Below, piece by piece: positions 38,597 through 50,144 of a DNA stretch of 64,000 nt. Both the position numbers and the translations under genes were made by a program. Source of the stretch: Cenococcum geophilum (taxonomy: Eukaryota). Each line of letters begins with the position of its first letter. The stretch's first letter is position 1. Location of the stretch: the NCBI GenBank assembly GCA_050273025.1, contig CP158635.1:1488001-1552000 (forward strand). The letters run 5' to 3'. Below the pieces are notes generated by a model. That model was not told where the DNA came from, ran no database searches, and was given only the letters and a program-made list of their open reading frames with translations.

Positions 38597-40869
38597 AATT
38601 AGATTAACGGCCTTGACTATTTTAAATATTAGCTTAAGTATTACTAGCTGTTACTCCTAATGGACGTTAATTAATAATAAAGCGTGTGTTCTAAAGGAGA
38701 TTTAGAAGAACCTAACTCCTAGAAGTACTGCTTGTGTTTTAAATAGAATTTGCAAATAAACGTTTAACCTATGGCTTAGGATATAGATTTAAAACAATTT
38801 CTAGATAACTGGATTCTAAAGTTAACGTAGTAAATATATAATGAATGCTTAAATAAGACGGTGATAATCTGTTAGCGTATCCAATCTCAATTCCTCCTTA
38901 TACTTCTAGCAGCTATTGTAAATGAACTAGTATCTAAGACGTATTATATTATCTGAATATCTATATAAGTTGTGTATATCTCCTGCTTTCCGTTTAGTAA
39001 AACTGGCGGATTTAGCGACGTAGGCCAATCCTAAACCTAGTATAGTGTATAGATACTACCATAAATAAGGTCCTGGGGTAGCTTAACTTAGGTGCTATAC
39101 TATAAACTATTACCCTTAAAGTCCTTATGTTGTCGCTACGGTAGGTTCTAACGGCAAAGAGATTTGGGACTGCTGTTTATCTAATAGCAGCTGCTATTAT
39201 TAAAAGGTATTTATATAAGAAGGCGCCCACAACTATTCCCCTTAGTTCTGTTACTATTTTATACCTAATAAATTGCTAGTAGTAAGTTAGAAGGAGAAGG
39301 AACTGCTATTCTATAAACAGAAACTTCTCTAGAGGAGGCCTTTCCTGGGGTTTGATTTAGTAGGGTAATGTGGCTATTTTCTTAATATATTAGCAGTATA
39401 GTATCTTCTGTTAGTGTAGATAATATAGGACTCCCTAATGTTTAGTTGTAATTTATTTGAGTTTATTTATATATAGGGTTTATAGGTAGGAGAGCATTAC
39501 TATTACAGCTATTGGGAGGTAGGAGATAGGCTATATAGGCGTCTTTATTGCTAATAAAGAAAGGCAAGATGCGGAGAACTTAATATTAGTATTAGCAAGG
39601 CTAATACTTCTAGCGTATAGTATGGTTTACTATTTCCTTAAGGGAAACCGGGAGATCCTTCTAGGACGCTATAATTATCTAAAATTAATGTCCGCTCTAT
39701 TTAAGTATAAGTAAAACACTAGCGTAAGAGATAGAGAAGATAGATTAAAGGAGAAACTTAGAGATAGAATATTTTTGCGTTTTATTTCTGGTGTAAAGGT
39801 AGAAGAATATAATTTTATATTCTTAAATGCTATAAAACGATGTTTTTAGTAGCGATTTGTTCTAGTTTTTTATTAAAGACATCCGGTATTACTAATCTTA
39901 GAAATATGAAACGGGAAACGGGAAATAGGAAACGGAAAGTAAGAAATGGGAAGTAAGAAATGGGAAAAAATTATAAATATAAAATATGAAACTTAAATTA
40001 TAAAATAGGAAATTAAAAAGACTAAATGGAAATATTAAAATAATTTTCTAATTTTAAGTTTTAACTTTAACGGTCTGTTAGGGACGGCGTGTAGTTAAAA
40101 GGTATAATTGCTAGCTGCCAGGGATCGTAATATACATTATACTAACTGTAACCTTAATCTTTCTTATAAAAACTCGTAAAGGCTATACTGCGCCTTAAAA
40201 AAACTCTATAAGACTTTAAAAGCTCTTATTTTAGTAAGTAACCCTATAATAAAGTTAGCGATATAAGCTGATATAGTAAATATAGGCAAGAAAAATCCTA
40301 GTGGTATAAGCGGTATAGTTGTCGCGGGGATTACTATAATCACTACTATTATTTTAATAGCACTGGTCCTGTTTCTAATTATGCGCCGTTAATAAAAGTA
40401 TAGGCTTTAGGATGCGGTTTAAGATATGGTTAAGGATATAGAGCTTAGAGAAGAACGGGGGAGGGTAAATGAGGTAACTAGATTACCTTAACGTATATTA
40501 TTTTCTAAAGAAGAGCGCTTCTAGGTATTCTAGTCCTAAGCCTATAGCTATGAAATTAAATTGATATTTTTTAATATTGTAATTTAGGATATCTTGGATG
40601 CAACCAATGGTAAATATTGTGCAAAACCGTTTGTATAGCCACTGTGGTATGCCTGACTTGTAAGTCTGTATACGTGCTTATATATATAATAGGTGTTATT
40701 TCTTAGAAAAGTAAGGATAAAGCGCTTCTCCTTTACTATTACTAAAAAAGAAAGAAATAGAAAAGATTATAATTAATGAACCCTGATTAAGCCATCCTAA
40801 TTGTAAAGTTCTAAGCTGACAAAAATCTCTAGCTTAGCTATACTATCGCTTTCTACAGCTAGCGCTTTA

Positions 40870-41780
40870 TCGCCTTATTAATGCTAAACTCGCCTTTACT
40901 AACCCCTGCCCTTTATCTTTCCGCTAAGTAAGAATTACTAGAAATAGACCTCTAAGCTAAAAAGGCAGTAGTGCCTAAAATAAGAATATATAGATATTTG
41001 GATACCGCTTAGTGCTTAACGGGCCCTTATTTCTAATCGCTGCTTAAGAGGTACTATAGTGTTACGTTAAACGTATAGCTGCTTATAGTTATACTCTTTG
41101 CTATATATCCAACAGCGACTATATAGAGAGTTCCTGTCGCATTTTGTCTTTGTAACCCGGCAATTAGAACACAGTGATTAATGCTTAACTTTAAGACCTT
41201 CTAGAGTAGGTTTAATATAAATTAAAGTTTCTCCGTTATGAGTAGTCCTAGTAGCCGTTAGTAGGGCGAGCTGGTTTAACTAAAATTACTCTCCTATATT
41301 TTAGAACTGTGTACCTAATAGAGTCTAATTTTGGGTAACCTGCTCGGCCTTTATAAAGCTTAAAGTGGTATTACCGCAACAATTGTTGGAAGTCGTTAAG
41401 GTGTATTGCTATATAGATGATTAAGACTCTAGATGCGTTATAAGAAAGTGCCTATAATTTATCTCTGTCTCTGGAATAACTATTAATGTCTCTTTATTAG
41501 ACTGGTATGGATATTATAAATAAAAGGTCTTTATCTGGTCCTTAGAGACGTTATTAATTACTAGTAAGGCCTAGAGTTGCTTATTCTCTTATTATATAGT
41601 GCTTTGCATTTTCTAGGAGACTTTTACATTTTAAGCCATAATATTAACCTGCTTTTGCAGCTTAGCGTAGTTTTAGCACTCTCTTACCTGCTACGGTATT
41701 ATAGTAAAAGCTTTACCGTGTGGGTTGTTCCTAGTGGCTAAAGGTAAAAGTCTTAGCAATAAGTTAGATAAGTAAGTAAT
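40870..41780 (-). pseudogene. Zn(II)2Cys6 binuclear-cluster protein relic (cluster near the C-terminus)
   Basis: 41091-41171 minus reads CSNCRVTKTKCDRNSLYSRCWIYSKEY. With TAT<TGT this is C-x2-C-x6-C-x5-C-x2-C-x6-C, with the typical KCDR..PC..C context. Confidence 0.75.
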
Positions 41781-42249
41781 GGTAGAAATAGAGGAGTAAA
41801 GATACTAATAAGCCTATAGAAAGGGATATTAAACCTTAAATATAAGAAGACGCCACTTGCTGTAACACGTTTTATACTTATATACTAGGTTCCTACTATG
41901 CCGTAGGTAGTAAAGGTCGGTAAAGGTTAAGGCCTAATTTAGGGTCGCTAAACGGGGCCGCTATAAGATGTGCGGCTACTAGGGGATATAAACTTACCAT
42001 AAATATATATAGAGATGCGAAAACAGCATATAATGGCTTACTTTAGCGGTGAATTCCAAGCATTAGAGGTGGCCGCAGTTAGTAGTATTAATGTAAATCT
42101 TTCGCTATGCTATTTACGGACTTAAGAATAGTTCTATCGTAGGGATCCCTACTTAGGTCACGTTTTTGGGGCTTTAGCGACAAAAATGTCTTAGTACTTA
42201 GAGCGATTCCTTCTATTAGCTACGGAGGTAGCTTTACTGCTAAGGCGTT

Positions 42250-42375
42250 GGACTCTAAATAACTACGGACACCGAAGGTCGAACTAGGGTTGTTTTCTTA
42301 TATATATTAGGGCTCTTAGAGCCACCTTAAATAAAAGAGATTACTTATTTAATTCTGTGTCTCTACCTATTAGCT
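42250..42375 (+). mobile_element. Degenerate LTR-like relic, ends not resolved
   Basis: TATATATTAGGGCTCTTAGAGCCACCTTAAATAAA resembles the TATA-GAGGCTCTAGAGCC-AATAAA core of the LTRs at 37954 and 38408. Confidence 0.4.
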
Positions 42376-42924
42376 AGCTTATATTATTTGTCGTAATACC
42401 TACCTAGCTAAAACCTTCTATTATTAACTAAAAGTATCCTTTAACCTCGCTGGAGATAGTACTGGGAATACCAATTATGCTAATACTTATAAGACCTAAT
42501 AGAAGGACTTTATACGTTTTAACATTTATACTATCCCGCTATTAGCAGTGCTATAAAACTATAAGTAGGTACGCTTATATAGGTCCAACTTATTACATCC
42601 TATATTATATTCCGTTTTATTCCCCCCTCGCAAGTTATATAGGCTTTATGTTTACAATTTAGACATTTTTCTTTTATCTCTACGTGTGGACCATCTCCGC
42701 AATTATACTGGCTCCGCAATTAGGATAAGCTTAGCAATTGGAATGGCCGAACTTATACAATACTATTCTCTATTCCCTGTATTCGAACAATATACGTATA
42801 TAATATGGCCGTATATATAACAATCATTTATAGGTTAATCCGCGCTTTTACACTAATACTATCTTCTTTATTAGGAAAGACTATATTTGGCGTAAAATTT
42901 CTTATATAGGACTAAGTTTATACA

Positions 42925-43050
42925 GGTGCTAATTAAGCTGGTGTTAATTGTGCTAGTGTTAATTATGCTGGTACTGATTGTGCTAGTGCTAATTATACTA
43001 GCGCCGGTTGTGCTAGCGCTGGTTATACTAGTGCTGGTTGTGCTAACGCT
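42925..43050 (-). repeat. 15-bp coding repeat, about 8 copies, (PAQPA)n on the minus strand
   Basis: Units such as GGTTGTGCTAGCGCT. Minus frame LAQPALV*PALAQPA corresponds to RIP'd APAQP repeats. Confidence 0.75.
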
Positions 43051-43499
43051 ATTTCTATAGATATATTATAAATGCGATTGCTTTAATACAGATTTAACCT
43101 ATCTCCGTATTTATGCTAATCTATTAATTATTGCGGCGTAAGAATATAGTGGGTAGACTTATATTATAGCACGTTTTATTTATCTTGTATGCGGCTAAAA
43201 TAGCTTAGGTATAAAGAATAATAATAAGCAGTGCGGGGCACAAAGATTAATGGTAAGGAGTGTGGCCGAAGTTATATTCTATCTTAGCTAAGATCCTAGG
43301 CGCAGCTACTAGTCTAATAACGCCTTATATAACGCCTTGTACAATATCCTAGCTTAGCCCTAAAGCCTCTTATATAAACAATACAAAGCGCCTTACGTAT
43401 TTGGATTGAAATTCCAGAATTAATTAAGAATCCTTAATATAATTACGCTCGCCGTCTCATACTATAATGGAATAGGAAACACTAAAAATGCTTATAGTT

Positions 43500-43790
43500 T
43501 ATTAGACGGACAAGTCACTTATAAGAACTCTGTCTCATTATAAGAGGCTCTAGAGCCTCACTATATACACTAGATAGGTGGCAAAAGGCTAACGACGATT
43601 TTTAACTGTTACTTAATTGCTACTAGGTTAATATTGCCACTTAGTCGGTAATAGGTAATAAATAGGTAATAGAATTAGGTAGTAAGATATACAATGGCAA
43701 GAAACAGGGTAGTAAGTCATAAGGTAGTACCTTTAAGGTCAGTACCTAACAGGGTGGTGCCTTTAAGGTTAGTACCTAATAGTGACATCA
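43500..43790 (-). mobile_element. LTR-like relic in reverse orientation, related to the Copia-type LTRs upstream
   Basis: Minus strand has GTGTATATAGTGAGGCTCTAGAGCC...AGAGTTCTTAT...CCGTCTAATA, matching the 3' half of the 38408 LTR. It also has CTTACTACC-type repeats like the 37954 LTR and a 30-bp tandem pair. Left end and TSD not resolved. Confidence 0.6.
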
Positions 43791-44464
43791 GTGGTCAAAG
43801 CGGATCCTATTTCGTTCCTCTTAGATTCTAAATAGGTCGGCATATTGCGCAATTTGGATATTAATAATAGTAATAGTTCTCCCTCTTTACGTGATAGTTA
43901 TATTTACACTATACTTACTATTAGACCATGCAATACCATTATAAAGGGTACCTATACGCATTCCTATGCCCGTTCCTCTACGCATTCCCGTTTCTATTCC
44001 TCTATAAATTCCTATAACTATTCCTCTACTCCACTATCTAATTCGTCTTTAACGGATTTAAAACTTACGTTGTTTATTACTTTCTTGGCGGATCTAGAAC
44101 TAAGATTAGGCTTTTTTTTTAAAGTTTTCTTTAATACTTAAGTTGGGCAGAGGTTTTGTTAGGCTTTCCTTTAATTCGGTTGTATATATAGGATCTTTCC
44201 CCCACCTAACAAGTATATCTTTAATATAGCTAAGTTATTTTAAGACCTTCTTTATGCCGAAAAATTCTTTGCTAGATATAAAAAGCTAAAAGCCTGGAAT
44301 TTATATAGTAGGCAAGGCAGAAAATAGAAGTCTCGGTATATACTATAAGTTTAGCGCGCTTATACCACCAACCTACTAATGTGGAATTATTACTATCTGT
44401 AAGGTATACATACTAGCTTTCTATTTCGTTTAGCTCCTATCCCCACCTCCGTTTATTACTTTTT

Positions 44465-46400
44465 ACCGCTAGTTTATATTATATGGTACAGCCCACGTCG
44501 ACTAAGTAACTTGGTATAGCTTCCCCTTTTTATTATCTCTCCTTTTTCTAAGACAATAATATCATCGGCGTGCTTAATTGTGTTAAGACAATAAGTAATA
44601 ATTAAAGTTGTTCGGCATTCTGCTTAACTTTTAAGTGATTTACAAATTAGCACCTTTGTTAGATTATCTATAATAGATAAGGCTTTATTAAGAAGCAGAA
44701 TCTTTAGATTTTTAAAAATGGCCCTCGCGATAGTAATACGTTAACGCTTACCACCCGATAGTTTAACACCTTCTTCCCTAACATTGGTGTCATATTAGGT
44801 TTTAAGACCTATTATCCGGTTATATATATAAGCGACTTTACAGGCTTCCTTAATCTCATTAGCCTTAGCATTAAGCCCATACGCAATAATTTCCTTAATT
44901 AACTTATTTGGTAAGTTAAGGCTTTAGGGGATAATTGTAATATTATCTTGTAGGCTACTTAACGTGACATTATAGGTATTCTGGCCATTAATTTTAATGT
45001 CTCCTTTATTAGGGTTAATAAACCGTTATAAGAGCTTAAAGACTATAGACTTGCCGCTTTTGCTTTGTCTAATAAGTGTAATAGTTTTCCCGCCCTTAAC
45101 TGTAAAACTAATCTTATTTACCGCCGGCCGGTCACTATCCGCGTAGGAAAATAAGATATTGGTGAATTTGATACGCCTAGTGGTAATCTTAAAGCTTATT
45201 GCTCCTTCTTTATTAATAATAGATGGCCTAGCTTAAAGAAGTTTAGAAAAGCGCTCTCCTAAACTAAGGCAATTTATAAGAATATTATATAATCTTATGT
45301 TAAAGTTTATAAATTTAAATATACTTAGCTAGGATTAAATTAAAATAAACAAGCTGCCTAGAGGTGTGAGACCCTTTATAATACGAAGAGCTAAGAGCCA
45401 TACTGTGATTACTAGGCCAATTGTTTTCGTTATATACGCCGCCAAATTAGCAAATAAGTGCAGTTAAGACATTCGCCGCATTAGTATAATAAAATCCAAT
45501 AACATAGAGGAAAGTTAGTGGTTCTTGTAATCTTAACAGTTGGCTAAAATTACCAGCTTCTAATGTTTTATTGCTTTGTATTTAATCCGGCTTTCCCTAT
45601 ATCGCATTATAGTATAATCTTAACGTATCCGAAAAAGCTTAGGATTCCTAGCGAGTTCGGCCCAGATTTGCAAGACGACTACGGCTATTGCGATAAGTCT
45701 AATATATCCATTAATAAAGTGCGACAGATAGACTATAATAGTGATGATATTAATTATAGAAGGCATTATATTAAATAATAGGTAATCCACAAAATTAATA
45801 AACCGTTTTTCTAGGTTTATAACCTCCATAACTTCTATAGAGCTTTTATCGTTATGGAAGTCCGTTAATAGTTTTATAATGTGTCTAAGGGCTCCCTCTT
45901 TAATGTTGCGCTTTAAAGACGTTGTAACCTGCGCTTTTATTAGTAGCATAGGCAGTGTTATAAGAAAGTAAAGTAGCGACCCTGTGTAGAACCAAAGTTC
46001 TTAAATAGGTAAGGGACCTTTAGAAACTGGTTAGTAAATACTATTAAAAAACGGCATAAATATATATACTAAAAGGCTTAAGAGCAGTCAGAAGTACACC
46101 TACTGATATTAATGGTAAAATCACTAGTGGCCTATTTAAGACTTGCATAATACCCACTATGCAAATTAAAAACCATATTTCTGGGCCCTTTGGCCGTAGG
46201 TAAGGTACGATTACTAAGAGATCCTCTATATAATCCCCCTAGCTTTTAGTGTTACTAGCTTAAGGCTATTCTGCAAGTAGCGGCTTAGCTTTAGCGAGCT
46301 GAGGTATTTTATATGGGATAGAGAGCCCGGCTACTAGAAATATCCGTAGAACTGGTGTTATAAGACGCTAAACTCTATAGACATTAGTCGTTAATTAATT
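44465..46400 (-). pseudogene. Half-size ABCB transporter relic (HMT1/ATM1-like)
   Basis: Walker A GGKTITLIRQSKSGKSIVFKLL*RF (GQSGSGKST), VTLSSLQDNITIIP*, signature YDTNVREEGVKLSGG, RITIARAIFKNLKILLLNKA (LLLDEA), RTTLIITYCLNTIKHADDIIVL (IAHRL.TI..AD). Transmembrane helices in ORF-track 45620..45949. N-terminal limit uncertain. Confidence 0.9.
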
Positions 46401-48199
46401 AATAGCGAGGAGGATTAAATGGGTGGCTTTAAGGGTATAGGAGGTTAGGAAAAAACTAAAATAATAATTCCTTTTCTGAGGTAACCGAACTATTTTAAGA
46501 TATAAAAGCATCTAAATGCTACTTTATATAAGTATTGGAACTTCTAAGAAGGTCTAAATGTCCGGTTAGTATAGAGCTATATTCTATATGGAGTAGGTTT
46601 ATATATATATATATATATAGTAATTTGCTAGGACATAGCGTGGAGAATACCTTTTATAACCTGGCAGTACCATTAAAATCTACCGGTAGTTGTAAAATTT
46701 AAACTCTTATATAGCTGGCTATAACTCCTGCTACTATCTATAATATATAAGCGGGCTGCTTCTTTTATATAACTGATAATAACTGCGACCTTAAAGACTG
46801 GACGGTGTAGAAAAGGAAGGAAACGGTTAGAAGGAAGAGATAAATATAATTAAACGTCTTAAATCGCTCTATAGTTTGGAATAAGATATAGGGATATAGA
46901 AGATTTTAACGTTTACTCTCTATAATATTTTGGTATAAGGAGGTAATAATGGATAAGGGTTGGGCGGGAGGTCTTAGAACGACTATTTGTACGGTAAATG
47001 AGGATTAGGCTATACTAAATGCGGCCCATACCTTTAGTCGGCACTATAATAATAAGGGCGCTTTAGTTAGAAGTTTTTAGATTAAACTTATATATATATG
47101 GCTTAATCCTATAGGTAGGTAAACTATTAAGAGCTAGTATTAAAACAAATAAGGTATTAGTAATGTAACTCTATAATCTAGATTAAAAGTAAATTCTTGC
47201 TATTAAAGGCCTAAATAGGTAATTCTTAGTTTTAGAATATAATCTAGTGCGTAATAGAGGGCACGGTGTGCTTGAGATTAACCAACCTATATATATATGC
47301 TAAGATCGCAGACAATAGAGTATTATTTATATATAAAGATGGTAAACGCTATAAAAAAAGGGCAAATACCGCCTCACTTTATAGAAGTAATTAAATGCGG
47401 GGCTACCGGTAATCTGTAAAGTTAAGAATGGCTTAAAGCCGTTCTAGGAGGCTAGATGGTATAGAAGGCGATATTAATAGCCTATTAGATGGTAATAGGA
47501 CGCCACGCGCGACTTTAGCCTTATGATTATCGCTAGCCATAAGGGGCTTAGTTAATTAATAAGGCTTACTATAGAATATAAGCAAAGCTATTAAATTTAG
47601 CCTAACTAAAATAAGCCTAATAAGCTGGCCAGCGAATGCCTAACTAAGCCCCACTAAGCCCCTCTACCGAAAGGCATTATTAAATCCTTTTTGTTGTATT
47701 ATAGTGACTTACGCTTATAAAGCGGTAGTTATATTTTTATTAAACTTTACTAATTTAAATGCTAAGATCTCTAGGCAGACTTTGCTATTTTGGCTACTTA
47801 ATTATACAACGCCCTATATAATACCCTCCCTTTTTATAAAAACAGTTTCCTTAATATAGACGCTATCTATACCCAAACATTTGGAGGAGGTCCTATTAGA
47901 CGCTCTTAACTATATTAAATTAGTGTCCTTATATCTTAGTAATAGAGGAAATGTTTAGGTTGAAGCTTTAGAGCCTAATTTGGAGAAATGCGTTGTAGAA
48001 GGGCTAGGTAATGAAATTGAGACTTTATCTATAACTGGGCTCTATATAACTGTAAGCGGAGCCAGTATAGGTTTTTGTATATATGCTAACTGCTAAGCTG
48101 CTTCTAAAAAGCTAGGTAGTTTTTTATTTAAAAGATAAAGCTAGAATAGGAATACTAAAAGATTAGTTTATTATTCCTCTTAATATTTAAAGCCCACCC

Positions 48200-48360
48200 G
48201 TATATATATCCACCGATAAAGATATATCTACTAATAAAGATATATCTACTAATAAAGACATATCTACTAATAAAGATATATCCACTAATAAAGATATGTC
48301 CGTTAATAAAGATATATTTACTAATAAAGATATATTTATTAATAAAGCCACCCATAAATA
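48200..48360 (-). repeat. 18-bp coding repeat, about 8 copies (ATCCACCGATAAAGATAT), probably (MSSSVD)n before RIP
   Basis: Directly visible period 18, at the 3' end of the minus-strand gene interrupted by the Gypsy element. Confidence 0.8.
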
Positions 48361-49602
48361 TATCGTCCTATTACCTAGGTATGCTATCTTTTACATATCC
48401 GGTAAGCCGGCTTTTATTAGCGGGGACGTAGTATTCTATCTTCTATTAGCCTAATTAGGATGCTTCTATACTAGGATTAAGTAGGTTAAAGTTATCTAAG
48501 TCTAGATTAAAGTTGGCTAATTCTAGTATAAAGGTAGCAAAATCTGAACCGAAGTCTGCGAAGTCTAACCGGAAATTAGCAAAATCGAAGTTTTTAAATG
48601 GTGTCTATTAATGTACGTTGCCTAGTAAGTTAGTAGGGTTTTAAACCAATATTGTCTAAATCTCACTAGAAATGCTATAACTGTTCGTCTTAATAGAGTC
48701 TAGATAATTTGTCCTGTTTACTTGTTCTTACGCTATTTAATTTACTAAATGCGCTTCTAGTTTGGCCGGGGGTTATAAGCTAGACTTAGGAAAGGTTTAA
48801 TTAATAGTTTATTTAGGTATCTAACGCCGCTTTAAATAAGCTAATCCTAAGTTATTTATACTTAGATACCGTTTCGTAGGCCCTAGTAACTCTAAGTAAA
48901 ATTAATATAGTTCTAACTGGAAGTCGCGGATCCCCTTTGCCACTTTATTCGCGTTATGTTTATTTACTTCTTTAGGAATTAGTTTCTTAATAGGTTTAAA
49001 AATGCTGGCTAAGCTAGAGGCTGTCTTTAGGACCTTTTCTATCTATCTAAGGTAGTATATAAGCACTAAATAATGCGAACTTAGGAATATAACCTACTTG
49101 TCTTTAGAGATATAATCCGCAAGTAGGAACTAAGCGCTCTCTCCTACCTTAGTACCGATAAGATAACACAGTTGCCTAAATTTTGCCTATATGGTGATAT
49201 TATTAGCCGTTATAGGAAGTGCTAGTTTACCTATAACTTGTATACAAACCTTTTTAATAAGTAGACTAAGTCCCTTTCTATAGGGTAGAAGTCCTGTATT
49301 GTTTTTTTCCCTATTAGTGAACTAGATTAGAAGATTGCGAAAGAATAGTATATAGAAAATCCAACGGATAGCGTTAGCTTCTTTTCGATATATAACTTTT
49401 CGTATATTATAGATTTTTCGGTAGAATTCTGCCTTTAGGTTAGATTGTTTTATTCTAGCTTTAATGTTTTTAGACTTAGATTTAATATCCCTCCATCTAG
49501 GTCTAGCGATTTTAGGTTCGGATTTAGTGCTTTTAATTTTAAACTTAATATCATTAAGCTTAGATTTAACGCCGCTAGGATTAAATACGGTGCTGCTAGG
49601 AT

Positions 49603-50028
49603 TGTTACGGACGCTTTAAGTACGATGTTACGACTACTTAGAAAAGAGACGGAAGAAGCTAGTTAGTTAATATAGGCATGGTCTAGGATAGAGCCGATAG
49701 AACTATATGACGAGGAATGGTAACCAAGGTCACATAATATAATCTATATAATCTGTGTAATCTATATAATCTATAACAAAGTAGATAGAGCACACGTACA
49801 TCACGTATAAGAAGAATTTTATAGGAGTACGGTTGTATATTTAAGGACCCTCAATCCCTACCTAAATAGTTCCTTCCTTATAGTAATTCTCAGAATACAA
49901 TTAGAGTTAATCTATTAGGCAACTACTCCACCAGTTATTATTACGTTATTAACTTTTATACTTGCATTTCCTATACACTTAGCCTAATAACGAGCCTACC
50001 GTAGTTTTTGCTATAAGGTTCCGTTATA
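49603..50028 (+). repeat. 5' LTR of the Gypsy element
   Basis: TGTTACGG...CCGTTATA (CA>TA). Colinear with 57122-57547. Confidence 0.97.
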
Positions 50029-50144
50029 TAATTACTACCTAGTTACGGTATTAATATAAGAAGTTAAATAATATACTACCAAAAGCAGCCACCACGACGC
50101 CATTAATAATAGCAACTACTTTAAGGACAGGAGGTGATACTAGT

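Noticed and set aside
45563..45778. ORF-track 71-aa plus-strand ORF
   Set aside because: Antisense to the ABC transporter membrane domain.
48155..48355. (YIFISR)n hydrophobic peptide ORF
   Set aside because: Alternate frame of an 18-bp repeat whose I/Y/F richness is what RIP produces.
49445..49666. ORF-track 73-aa ORF (and 57041..57232)
   Set aside because: Both straddle LTR junctions, so they are chance frames.
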